Translations under genes and position numbers: made by a program
Assembly: GCF_006345805.1 (NCBI RefSeq)
Contig: NC_042997.1
Coordinates: 98,518,001-98,582,000, forward strand
Length of the DNA: 64,000 nucleotides
Source of the DNA: Octopus sinensis
Taxonomy: Eukaryota
Direction: 5' to 3'
Shown here: piece by piece, positions 25,174 to 37,899 of the stretch
Position numbering within the stretch: position 1 is the first letter of the stretch
Layout: each line of letters begins with the position of its first letter
Notes under the pieces: model-generated
What the model saw: the letters and a program-made list of their open reading frames with translations, nothing else
The model's database searches: none
Told to the model about the DNA's origin: nothing

Positions 25174-27124
25174 TCGAGTACTATTTTTTACACATTGTTT
25201 CCACATTGTTTCCACTTGAGTCCCAAATCTGTCACAAACTTTCGGCGTCTGATAACAGTTTGAGAGTTTACCATGAATATATTGTATGCATTTTTTCCTG
25301 CAACATTGAGCATGGCGTAGAAAACTGTGACTGGCCCACATCGAGTATTTCTGGAAACATTGTAAATGGAACACAATTGATCCACGTTGTCTACCCCACC
25401 GTTAGTACTGTTGTAGAAAGTAATAATCTCTAGTTTTCTTTTTTTTTCTTTTGAACTTCCATCAATTGCAGCATCATGATGCTCAGTAGGACAACATTGT
25501 TACCTTTCTTGAGAACATAAGAGGTTAGTGTAACATTCTCCGGGAAATTAAACAAGCTTGTGTATTCGGTTCTGCCTCTTGTGACAACAAACTGAAGGGG
25601 GAGTTCTATCCTGTTCTTTTCTAGAGTGCCAACTAATGTTAATCTGTGATTATTCAAGAGATCAACTCCAAGTCCGTAGCTTGTAAACCAATTATCCATT
25701 GTAATATTTCTTCCAGATAGATTTATATGAGACACCAACCGCTTTACCACTGCTGCTACTTAATTATCTTCTATAGAAGGGCCATCTGTTTTTCTTCCCC
25801 AAGTAGACTTCCATATTTGACACATAGAAAGTTTTAGCATCTACCGATTTTTGCTGGTTTGCTTGGCATGTAGACCCTGCATGGACAGTTCCCACAAAAA
25901 GCAACCAATATTTCATCTACTGTCGCATACTCTGGGGCCTCAATTGGAGACACAATTATCAACAAATTTCTAACAGGTGTAAACGTAACTTCCTTTTAGC
26001 CTGGGTATGGATGTCATCAAACCTCTTAGATCTCAGCAAGAAACGAGCACGTTGCAAAGACATAGTTACCGGAAAATGTTCAATTCTTGTATCATCGGTT
26101 GCCCAATCATCTTCCTTTTTCATTCGGTTAAATCTAAAAACTCCTAACAGATAAAGCAGTCCTATTGCAGCTTTCTCTCTTTCGTTAGAATGTCTCTCTT
26201 TTTACTTATTTTTATAATTTCCTTTTTACTGTCAAATATAGATATTAGTGCAAGCTACTAATTCATTCAGAAGTTTTTATGTGAGAAACAAGGACCAGCA
26301 GTCCTTTGCAGCATACACATATTTTGCTGCTCCTCTTTTCCTGGTGAATCCTGGTATATGTTCTGTGCACGTGTATGCCGTGGAAGACATGTGGGAACTT
26401 CTTTCCAGAGAGTTTTATTATTTTTGCCTATAAACGGTTTTTCTCTTTTCCTGGTACCCTGCTGTTCATCTTCATCTGTTTATTCTAAAGGATCGTCTGA
26501 CGAAGTCCACAACATGCCATCTGCTTCTGTTCTCCCTCTTCTTCAGTTTTCTCTGTTGTTTCTTCTTCAGGTATACTCTATTGTTCCTGTCCAGTTTCTC
26601 TTCATCTGGGTCTTTATCAAGAAATGATCCTGATTCTTCTAAGTCTAATTCTCTCTCAACTATGTATTTCAATTTTTCAATTTGTTTTTCGTAGTCCATT
26701 GTGAATTTGAAAGGAAAGAAGATTTCTCACTTTTATGGCATTCCGAACCATTTGATAACAATAAAAATGTTGATCAGTTGACAATAATATATAATTTTAT
26801 ACGAGAAATATTCAATAATCAGATTTTCTGATATAAAAATGAATAAGTAAATAAACAATAATAAACAAAAGGAAACAAAGTGTACCTGTCAATAAATAAT
26901 ACAGCGAATGGTATTTTGGGGTATGCAAAACCTCAGATACAAATAACACGCGTGTACACTTATCATTCAGCAAGTAACTGAGTGGAGTTGTGTTTTAACT
27001 CAGTGAAGTGTGCCAAGAAACTACATCGATGGATAGCACTATCACTGTTGCCAGATGTAAGATATATGTATACAAACACCGCCTGAGGTATGAGACAGTC
27101 CACCGCAACACCGCGTCAACGAGG
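25170..27124 (-). mobile_element. Degenerate piggyBac transposon (transposase pseudogene)
   Basis: Fragments TVDE..RVYMPSKPAK (~25850-25925), [45 protein letters not shown]. Probable start MDYEKQ at 26699. The 3' end is lost in (TA)n and no intact TTAA TSD is seen. Confidence 0.9.
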
Positions 27125-27499
27125 AATGAATTAGATCTAGCTCAGAAAAACATGTTGGGTGTTGCCATGTCTATAGGTCAAGGGAAGATCTACAGAACCA
27201 TATGAGGTTCACAGTGAAAGACATTAACAAGAGACGTTGATGTTTAGTTTGCCATGTTTTTTTATGACTTACTACACACAGATATTTGTCAAATGGCAGC
27301 GAAGCGTGTCTGCATACTTAATCACATAATGGAATCTCGAAGATCATTAAAAAGAAATGTAGTCGTGTCGGTATACAGGTACAAAAGCTGCAAAACCATT
27401 AGCTTGCAGGTGGATACGCATGTGATTGAGAACATGAGTCATAATTACATTTTAGCATATGTAAAAGCAAACCAAAAGAAGTAATAAATGTCAAACAGC

Positions 27500-27885
27500 A
27501 CTAAAACATTCCCACAACTACATAACACCGAAAAAAAATACGAGGAAGATTTAAGGACATTTTAAATATAATAGCCAAGGGGAAAATCAGAAGAATATAG
27601 ACGAACGAAATAACATCCCAAAACTTAACGATTAAAACAGCAATAACGTTGTTTTTTAAATGTAAACTGTGCTATCGTTGACTTCTTGAAAATTAGGCTC
27701 CAAGACAATATTACCGGCATAAACCAAATAAAATACCGTAGCCCCTGGATACTTCCTCAAAAATACTCATATAGAAAAACATCTAAGCCAAAGCAGAAAC
27801 AAAATACTGGTAAACGATGATACGAAGTTGAGGTAAAACTAAAAGAAAAACTCTCAATCTTTTGTGACTTCAACAACAGAAATAC
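27500..27885 (+). mobile_element. Possible highly decayed APE-type LINE endonuclease fragment
   Basis: IFCDFN (GDFN-like) at ~27857-27874 and A-rich, coding-like composition only. Confidence 0.3.
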
Positions 27886-27888
27886 ACA

Positions 27889-28306
27889 GGTGCAGGAGTG
27901 GCTGTGTGGTAAGTAGCTTGCCTACCAACCACATGGTTCCGGGTTCAGTCCCACTGCGTGGCACCTTGGGCAAGTGTCTTCTACTATAGCCTCGGGCCGA
28001 CCAAAGTCTTGTGAGTGGATTTGGTAGACGGAAACTTAAAGAAGCCCGTCGTATATATGTATATATATATATATATATGTTTGCATGTATGTTTGTGTGT
28101 CTGTGTCTGTCCCTCTAGCATTGCTTGACAACCGATGATGGTATGTTTATATCCCCGTCACTTAGCGGTTCGGCAAAAAGAGACCGATAGAATAAGTACT
28201 GGGCTTACAAAGAATAAGTCCTGGGGTCGAGTTGCTCAACTAAAGGCGGTGCTTCAGCATGGCCGCAGTCAAATGACTGAAACAAGTAAAAGAGTAAAAG
28301 AGTAAA
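27889..28306 (+). mobile_element. Full-length tRNA-derived SINE (family B) with internal microsatellite
   Basis: tggctgtgtggtaag A-box-like, gggttcagtccc B-box-like, ccttgggcaagtgtc, internal (TA)/(TG), tail (gtaaaaga)n. Confidence 0.9.
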
Positions 28307-28859
28307 GGTGAAATGCAAAGAGATGTAATGACTTCAGAATTGCAATGTAATTCTTTAAGAAAAAAAGAACACGAAAATAAAGGGCAAGAGATTCCCATTA
28401 AGTCGCTACAATCGGCCAGTATCAACCAGGATTACGATACTGAGACACTTCGAACAAAACAAATCACTCAAATCCAAAATAATTTTATGGAGAATTAGAA
28501 ATCCTTCCAACGGTAACGGCAAGAGAAGTAGGAGAATTCAGTACCGTGACTGCTTTCTACCTCCACAAATGAGAATATTCATGACAAATGCAGTTATTGA
28601 AAACTCGGGAAAGCAATAACACAAAACGTATCTCAGATGATATTAAGAGGAAAAGAAATGTCTCTTAATATCCATCTCAATTCCAAATCATAAAAATATA
28701 GTTGCAAATGAAATAGAGAAATAATTCACCAGTGGAAATAGAGATTGCACTTATCTACTTTCCGATTGACGACTGTATTATTTGTCGATGCAACTACTTT
28801 TAGAAACACATTTGAGTCAGCGTTAATGTATGCTTATTTTAATATATATGTTTTAAATT

Positions 28860-29006
28860 AAAACATTGCAGCGTGGAAGGTGTTTATAAGCCATTTATAA
28901 CACACACAAAAACCGTAAGATTCATTTCAACATTTAAGTTTATTTATCAAAATATTTTCGTCGCTTTGAAACCGCGACCGATAAACTGACAAAATTCTGT
29001 GTTGCA
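28860..29006 (+). repeat. Single diverged copy of the repeat that forms the 181-471 palindrome
   Basis: ttgcagcgtggaaggtgttt..ttcatttcaacatttaagttt..aaatattttcgtc..ctgacaaaa. Confidence 0.85.
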
Positions 29007-29241
29007 TCTCAGATTCTCTTAAATGTCATAAATTGTTTTATTTTAATTCAGATTTTCTTCAACACATAATAGTTTAACCCTTCAAACTTAGTTTTGGGGG
29101 CCTTTCGTGAATTTTCGCATTATAATACAATATTTACGCAGTTAAAAAAAATACTTATTAGATTAGTTCTGAAAACGGTTAAACAGTTTTGTCGCAGTTT
29201 TCAGGTGTTAATCTACGTATGAAACACCTTGAATTTTGGGG

Positions 29242-29348
29242 AGTAAGGGCATAATATTGGTACATCAAGACTTACCAGCTCTCGTGAATATATATATATA
29301 TATCACGAGAGCCGGTAAGTCTTGATGTACCAATATTATGCCCTTACT
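29242..29348. repeat. Palindrome with 46-bp arms centred on (TA)n
   Basis: Arms 29242-29287/29303-29348 with one mismatch; the loop is (TA)n. Confidence 0.92.
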
Positions 29349-29659
29349 GATATATATATATATATATATATATGTCCATCCCTGAGTATAACTACATATA
29401 CAGCTTTTGGTGCATAAACATATGCATGTCTACGACGGCTCGCCTTTCAATTAATTAGAAAAATATCCATCAAATAGCATGTAAGAAAAAGCAGGTAATT
29501 CTCATTCACTTGACTTTTTTTCTATCTTGACGCCAGCAGAACAATATTTTATCCCTGAATGCGTATTTCCTAAAAAACGAATGTTGAGATTGAGAATGTG
29601 AGGTTTTGAACGTCTCCAATCCAGTCCGGTGGATAAAGCCTGGCCTTATTCTTAATGGC

Positions 29660-29810
29660 ATCAAGTTTTGGGAAAGAGCAGTGATTTGGGGGGAGGGACA
29701 AAGTCGATTATATTCACCCCGGCGCTTAATGGTACTCATTTTATCGACCCGAAACAGATGAAAGGCAAAGTCGAGGTCGGATGTAGATTTAATACTGAGA
29801 ACAATATATT
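29660..29810 (-). mobile_element. Degenerate SINE family D fragment
   Basis: ggtactcattttatcgacccgaaacagatgaaaggcaaagtcga. Confidence 0.65.
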
Positions 29811-30108
29811 GGCTTGAAAACAAGTATAATGTTGTAATGTAACTATAGGTACGTATTTTAAGATAGGGTCATACGGTCGAAGAATAAAGGTCAAGTATAT
29901 TACGGGCTGATCGATTAGAGCTGAAGTTGATGAAGACAACAACAGTAGCAATCTATGAAATACGCAGTTTTATGTTTTAAAACGGAATCTATCGAATAGA
30001 TTGCAAGGAAAAATATTATTATAAATTTGCGTCGCCGAGAACATAATTAAATTCTATAATTATTTGTGCTTTGCTCACACAGACACAGACATACAAACAT
30101 ACACACAT

Positions 30109-30150
<42 letters not shown>

Positions 30151-30151
<1 letters not shown>

Positions 30152-30308
30152 CGACGGGCTTCTTTCAGTTTCCATCTACCAAAACCACTCACAATGCTTT
30201 GGCCGGCCCCAGTCTATAGTAGAAGACACTTGCCCAATATGCCACGCAGTGGGACTGAACCTGGAACCATGCGGTTGATAAGCAAGCTACTTACCACACA
30301 GCCACTCT
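30151..30308 (-). mobile_element. 5' half of SINE family B
   Basis: Reverse complement of 27896-28050. Confidence 0.85.
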
Positions 30309-30345
30309 AAAATGTGCTTGTATGCGTGTATGTATGTATATATAT

Positions 30346-30377
<32 letters not shown>

Positions 30378-30388
30378 ATATATATATA

Positions 30389-30450
<62 letters not shown>

Positions 30451-33129
30451 CATAAGCATTACAGCGTTTATAATATTATAGCCTAAGCTGAAATAGTATG
30501 TATTATGACAATGGATATTCTTTATCGATATTGTTACTCCGTGCTACAGGATTCAAAAGAACGATGAGATACACATTGACTATGACTAGGAGGCCCACAT
30601 TACTAAAGACGATGATGAAGACGACGACGTTGATGATGATGATGACTTGGAGGAGGAAGGGGAAGGGGAGGTTAACGAAGACTATTACTACTGCAACATT
30701 TCTAACAATTTCAAATGGTGATGGATACATGATCTAAAGATGCTCTTCACGCAAAGATCAGACTACATCCGAGTTGTTTGCGTTTGAGAATGTGATTGTG
30801 TGTGCTAGTGTGTACTAGTGTGTACATATGCACGTATTTGTATCTCTGTGTGTGTGTGTGTGTGTGTGTGTTTATATGAGAGAGTAAAAGAGAGGGGTAG
30901 AGAAAGAGAAAGAGAAAGAGACATACTTCATTATAAAATGTCTTTATATGCGATCGGCAAGCTATCGCTAGAAACGCAGCAGGAGAGCATGGGATTCTTA
31001 ACTGAGAGATCCGTAGATCAAAACTAAGCTCTGCGTGATGTTTTTTTTACCCCAAGCATAGCTCAGTCTGTAGAGTATCAAATTTTCGATTTGAAGATCG
31101 ATGATTCTAGTTCCCCTGTGAGCTTACAAACTTTTTACATCATCACATACTTTCGGCTACATGAAGGGGTGAAGGAATACCTACTAACCGCGGTCCAGAT
31201 TACCATGAGTACCAACAAACAAGCATGACAGAGAGCGAACAATGAAGCATCATCCAGATCATGTGATCGTACGCCCTACGAAGAAAAGAAATTGATAGTT
31301 GGATCTAGGATCAATCAATGCAAAAAGGGAAAATATAAAATGGCGATATCTCTAATACATTTATGAAGGGTGACTTGATGTCAAAACTTCAGCAACAACA
31401 TCAATCAGTAGAAAACAGACAAAGTGTAAAGCTCATTATATTCGCTCAACTTGCTTTAAATAGAAGACAAATGTCGCTAATCAAATAATACCGATTTAAA
31501 TCTGTAATAGACAATGCAGTCTTGGGCGCACAGTGACTGAAAAATACAGGATAGTCATAGTTGGAACGCCATTGATTATAGATCCATTGAATCAGTGTAG
31601 ATCTGGGGATAAAAGGCAAAATACACAGTAGTAAAGAATGAAATATTTTTGTGACTATAAGTAAATTTGATTTGGATAAATTTGAGGAAAGAGAAAAATC
31701 AATGACTTTATATCATTATATAAACATGGTTGGTAGTCACAAGCGTACGTGTATTTGTGAGTTTGAGTGCTGGTGTTTGTGTTTATGCGTAGAGTATTCC
31801 TGTGTGTATATGTGTGCACGTGTTGAGAGTCTGTGTGTATGTGTGTATGTGTGTGCATGTGCATGTGTGTGTATGTGTGCATGTGTGTGCATGTGTATGT
31901 GTGTGTATGTGTGTGTTTGTGCGTCTGTCTGTAGTATGAAATAAAAATTGCAATAGTGTTCACATCAACTAGAATTGTATATAAGAGAAAGCGGGAGTGA
32001 GGCACGAAGAGAGAGAAAGATACAGAGATGATATGAGAGTGATAGAAGTAAAATAAAAGAAAAAACAAACAAAAGAAAAATACAGGATATAGCAGAAAAA
32101 TTACACATACGCACTCACACGTATGCTTAACTGCATATATGTATTGATCTATGTATATATACCGACACACACACGCACACACATACACACACAACGCATG
32201 TATACACAAGAGCACGTTTGCTGTATAAATACTCTTTGTTTATGGACTAACAAGGCAACCAATTGTTTCATATCGGCAACATCTCTACAATTTTACATGC
32301 GTCCCACTACAAAACTTGCACTAAATAGCAATGACTACAAGCATTCTCAATTGGAGCATTTGAGGTATTGTGAAGAATTTTTGTCTAAATGAAGCCACTG
32401 GTTGCCTGGTTAGTACCAATGTCAACGATCTCTCCATGAAATGTAAGCAAACATCCCCGTGGCAAACGCACACTAACACAGACACATAAGTATGTATCTA
32501 CATAGTAGCTGTATATATAAGTATGTTTGTGTATACATAAGTCTACATAAACAAACACACACACAGACAGGCACACACACAAGCGTGGATAGGGATCTTG
32601 GGCGAGTGTCTTCCACTACAACCCTGAGGTGAATAAAGACATGTGAATAGACTTGGTTAACGGGAAAATGAAAGAAACCTATCATGTACATATATCAATG
32701 AATGTACATATCTATATACATATATGCCTGCGTGTATATACACATACATGCATACATATGTGTGTGTACGTATGTATGTACGTATATATATATATATATA
32801 TATATATATGAATATATATATGTCCTTGTTTTTGTATACATTCGATGATTTTCTCCAAGGAATCTAATGCTTTTAGCTTAGTTTTTCATTGGGGCTGGCC
32901 AGATTGGAGCAATCTCAAGATTAATCATCCGAAATTGCGAGGATGATCCCGTTCTTGACTGAGGATAGAAAGCTTCGAATGAGTCGCCCTTGTTTTTTTG
33001 TATCGTCTATCTGGACGTTTTGTTGTCCCGTTTTGTATCACCTAGTTGTCTGGATGTTTTGCGTTCTTGTCCCATTTTGTATTTGATATATATACATATA
33101 TATATATATAGCGGTGTACGTACACTTGT

Positions 33130-33175
<46 letters not shown>

Positions 33176-33620
33176 CGATGACCTGCAGATAAAGAGTGTC
33201 TACAGCTCTTCTCTTCTGAGTATATGTAAAGTCGATGATTTATAAATCACTACAATTGATCTTTTGCTATTGATGGGTGAGCTGTCTTGGACACGAAGAT
33301 AAAGTGGCAAAATATCGGCGATGACAATATATTTGTGTAGGAACAAAAACACAAATACAATCACACACATAGAGGCAGAAGTACGCGCTCACACCCCCAC
33401 ATGCACCGACATATATAATTATACAGTTACAGGTATGTTGATGCAAACAGAAAAAATAGAAGTAAGAATATGTGTATATGTATATTTTCATTAATATTTA
33501 TCAGAAGTAACAGAGTACTCAATATAGCTATGTTTGTGAATGTGTGTAGATGGGCTTCTAAGTGTTTAGTGGTTTTGTGCAATAAGCTTGACTGCAATGG
33601 GAATTTTGCATTTTAGTCGA

Positions 33621-33726
33621 AAGAAGAAGAAGAAGAAGAAGAAGAAGAAGAAGAAGAAGAAGAAGAAGAAGAAGAAGAAGAAGAAGAAGAAGAAGAAGAA
33701 GAAGAAGAAGAAGAAGAAGAAGAAGA
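33621..33726. repeat. (AAG)n microsatellite
   Basis: Direct reading, ~35 units. Confidence 0.97.
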
Positions 33727-35393
33727 TAAATTTAGAAAGAGTATCTAAGTCTTTCGTATTGCTGCAATATGGGTGCCATTTGTGCAGAGGGTAATCGAAA
33801 TACAAACAAAATGGGAGCGAACAGTTGAACACGTTTACTGTGATAATTAACGTCCACGTTTGACAGAAATGGTAACAACGATGGTTATATTAATTTTGAT
33901 AATGCTAATGATAACTATGGTGTTATTAGCAATGATAATTGTTGTGATAATAGTCATTATTTCAATGACAATTTGCAATGATAGAACTCAATTTCTTTTT
34001 ACATCGATTCGACTATTCTGCTTTCTGGATTGTAAAACATTGTTTTGAAATAACATTTTCTAGGTTAAAGAATATATTTAAATACTTGAGCCTGGGGATA
34101 TGCTTGTGCTATATATCATGAATATTATTTTATAATTACATCTATAGTCATGCCTTTATAATAAATACCTTGTATTTTAGTGGTTTAAAAGAAAAATTTC
34201 AACCTTAGAGCACTGCAATTACGAAATAACTGTCTCTGACGCTATAAATTATTTATGAAAGATATTCCAAGTAGATAGATATTCTTTGAGTCTGTTTTGT
34301 TTCGTATTCATTATATGTTCGAAGAATTTACATGAAGATTGCTTTGGTAAAAAAATTTTTAAATACAATCACGGTTTCATAGATCATGTATTACGTTTGA
34401 TGTTATATAATATGATTCGGACAAGAATTCAATTGAAAGAACTTTCAACTTTAGATAAATATATAAACAAGAAATTATGCATGGAGCGCAATATACTTTG
34501 TGCGAAACAGATATTCAACTGACACTATCGACAGCATTTTTAAACACACATACAAATACACACACACACACACATACACATGTACACATAATTGTGTGCG
34601 CGCTTGATTGTTCAGTTTTAGACATTGTTCCACTTTGCCGAAAGAATCGTATTATGACAATGCTATAAGTTTTAAGGTAAAGCGGAATATCTAATTATTA
34701 ACATGTATGCGTGTGTTAATGTATTTTACAAAAATTAAACACAACACCTTGTTGAATTATTTATCGACCTCTGAAAGTGTGTATCAGTTTCTTACATAAA
34801 AGTCATGACTATTGTAAGAAAATCAGCTTCTGACCTGTTATCCTTAGATTCAAGTTTGTTTTTTTTTTTCTGTCGGGAAACCTTAGCTTATAGGAAATAT
34901 TCTTTATAACATACAGGTATCCCCTGAATATTTTGGTCTTGAATTTCGTCTGCAAGATTCTTGTGTGATTCTGTGCTGGTCCTGCGATATTACTGATTCA
35001 GACATTGCTATATTCTAAATCAATTTTAGCCTTCTAAGAAAAATTCTTCTTTATGCGCAACATTCTGATACAGAACACGATTTTAGCTTTCTTCCTTTGT
35101 TTTTATTATACGAATATTTTCCGAGGAGTCGACCTGGCAAAATTGCTACAACGGCGAAAAAAATATTCTTGCTCGCATTGAACTCCGGTTTGAAATCTCA
35201 ACGAAATTGAATTTTCTTTAATCCTTTCAGAACCAATGAAATGAATTACCAGATAAATACTGCGGCCGATATTGTTTACTAATCCCACCTCTGCCTAAAG
35301 GAATGTTGGGTTTAATCCTAAACTAGAATTAATTGTATGAGTACTTTCTGGAGGAAACGGCGTGGAAGAAAGAACGTTAGGTTTAATTTATTA

Positions 35394-35997
35394 AGATATT
35401 TACCTTTTGACGCACAGATTTGAAAATAATTTTTTTAACTAAACACTTTAAAATTTCGGACACTGGTACAATGTGTCATATAAAACATCTTTTACGCTTA
35501 GCTTTATATTTACGAAGTAATTTCACGTAAAAGTAGGCCTATTTCGGTAATTTCAACCAATCAATAACGTGTATTCAGCTGAATAAAATTACTGCCGTTG
35601 TTTGTCAACAAGAACTTCCGGTGGTGTATTTTTCGTTTGTCACTGATATTTATGACATCGTCCGTGCGTTTGTACTGGTTTTAGCTTTAAGGATTTAGGG
35701 TTAGGGTTTTAGGGTTTGTCATAAATAACAGTGAGAAACGAAAAATACACCGCCGGAAGTTCTTGTTGACAAACAACGGCAGTAATTTTATTCAGCTGAA
35801 TACACGTCATTGATTGGTTGAAATTACCGAAGTAGGCCTACTTTAACGTGAAATTACTTGGTAAATATAAGTTTATCTCAAAAATGCTAAGAGTAAAAGA
35901 TGTTTTATATGACACATTGTACCGGTGTCCAAAATTTGAAAGTGTTTAGTTACGAAAAATTATTCTTTAAATCTGTACGTCAAAAATGTAAAGATCT
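35394..35997. mobile_element. Fold-back MITE with ~265-280-bp TIRs, AGAT(C) termini, 8-bp TSD and TTAGGG-like repeats in the loop
   Basis: Arms 35394-35657/35717-35997. Flanks atttatta/ttttatta. The loop contains tttagggttagggttttagggtt. Confidence 0.88.
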
Positions 35998-36932
35998 TTT
36001 TATTATGGTACGTAGATACTTCCAATTACATTTTTAGTTTAAATCTTATGAGGATCTAATTTAGATTTTCATACTGCTAACAAGAATTCATTGGAACTGA
36101 TACAACCAAATATAATATACTTTTGAATAAAATTAACTGTTTAGAGAATATACAAGAAATCAATATTAAGGAGAAACTTTTGTGAGCACGAAAAGTAGGA
36201 AGTTCTTGGTGAGTCTAGATAATGACCCAGCTAAAAGTAATAACGTTTTCTTCATGCTAATAATAGGCTACAAAAATTATGAATGCCGTAACATTACATT
36301 TTCTCTTCCCTGCGAGTATAGTGATACGTGTCTTGTTAAAAAAAAATACAGATTTCTTTTAGAAATATCAATAATATACTTTGCATGCAAGCCAACACAA
36401 TTACAATAGTTAAACGAAAAAGAGAAAGAATATAAAATGCATACATAGCAAAAAGAAAGAAAGAAAGAAAGAAAGAAAATGAAAATGAAAATAAAATTCA
36501 GATTAGCTGAAAGGAAATTTTAGAATTTCATCAAAGTATTATTCTGAAGTTGGAAATAATTCTTTGTTTTTCTTTCTCCGAAGTAAAACACCTTTTGTTT
36601 TCTTGCAATCAATCATTTTTTTTTTTTTGCTGTTATGATACATTCACTGTCAGGCTTCAAAAGCATTTTTTTTTTGTATTTTCGATTGTTTTTGAGTCAA
36701 CTTGCTTAGGTAATAAGAAATGAACGTCTTCTACACTTACTATTATACTCCTTCTTGAAAAATAGGCAAAAATAAAAAAAAAATTAAGTGTAAAAAGACA
36801 TAAAATCCTCACAAACCATATTTGTAATTAAAGTAGAACACAGAACTGCGTAAATACACAGACTAAAGAAGATAATGTCAAATTTTACAATCAGTATATT
36901 TAGTGAAACATTTAGCTGATATACTGTTGTCA

Positions 36933-37335
36933 AAGGCGGCGAGCTGGTAGAAACGTTACCGCGCCGAGCGAAATGCGTAGCCGTATTTCGTCTGCCGTTA
37001 CTTTCAAATTCCGCCAAGGTCGACTTTGCCTTTCATTCTTTTGGGGTCGATTAAATAAGTACCATTTACGCACTTTGGTCGATATAATCGACTTAATCCG
37101 TTTGTCTGTCCTTGTTTGTCCTCTCTGTGTTTAGCCCCTTGTGGGTAGTAAAGAAATAGGTATTTCGTCTGCCGTTACGTTCTGAGTTCAAATTCCGCCG
37201 TTGTCGACTTTGCCTTTCATCCTTTCAGGGTCGATTAAATAAGTACCATTTACGCACTGGGGTCGATATAATCGATTTAATCTGTTTGTCTGTCCTTGTT
37301 TGTCCTCTCTGTGTTTAGCCCTTTGTAGGTAGGAT
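36933..37335 (+). mobile_element. SINE family D, tandem dimer
   Basis: aaggcggcgagctggtagaaacg head, gagttcaaattcc B-box, gcctttcatcctttc..gtcgat..aagtacc (resembles the MetaSINE central domain). The second unit begins at agaaata|ggtatttcg (~37159). Confidence 0.88.
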
Positions 37336-37899
37336 AGAAATTGATATACTGTTGTCTCAGTGTTTTTATTCTTCACTTTAGTGTGAGGAATAGAAGTAGT
37401 AAAGTATAGGACAAAATATTGTACCTACTGAATTTAAATTTTTCATGCGTTTCATTTACCGTTCATTCTTCTATAGTCGCACAAAATGAGAAAAAGTAAA
37501 ACAAAAAGCAGTATTGAAGTAGAACAAATTGAGTGTAGTATCTTCACAAAAGCCTGTAGCATCTACCAATGTGAAGAATCAATATTCAGTTATATTATCG
37601 AGAGAATAATCAGAAATTACATATTGAATTCGTATAAAAGAGAAGAGAAATATACGAGTTTCACTTTAGCAATGTTATATGAATGTGTTATAAGATAATA
37701 AGGTATTCCTATTACGTGAGATTCGTACCTTCTGCAATGAAATTAGTGAGATATGGTTTCTCAAGAAAATTCGTGACATAAGCTTCAAATCTCAAATTGA
37801 AACATCCTGTGAAATCACTCCACTGGTATTTTACCTCTAAAACATAACACTCACCTCGGAACTTTAACACTAAAAGAAAAGAGAAGAGAAACGATTTTT

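Noticed and set aside
32955-32980. CTGAGGA-ta-GAAA-gc-TT in a TA-flanked repeat
   Set aside because: No stem II and poor stem I; could easily be chance.
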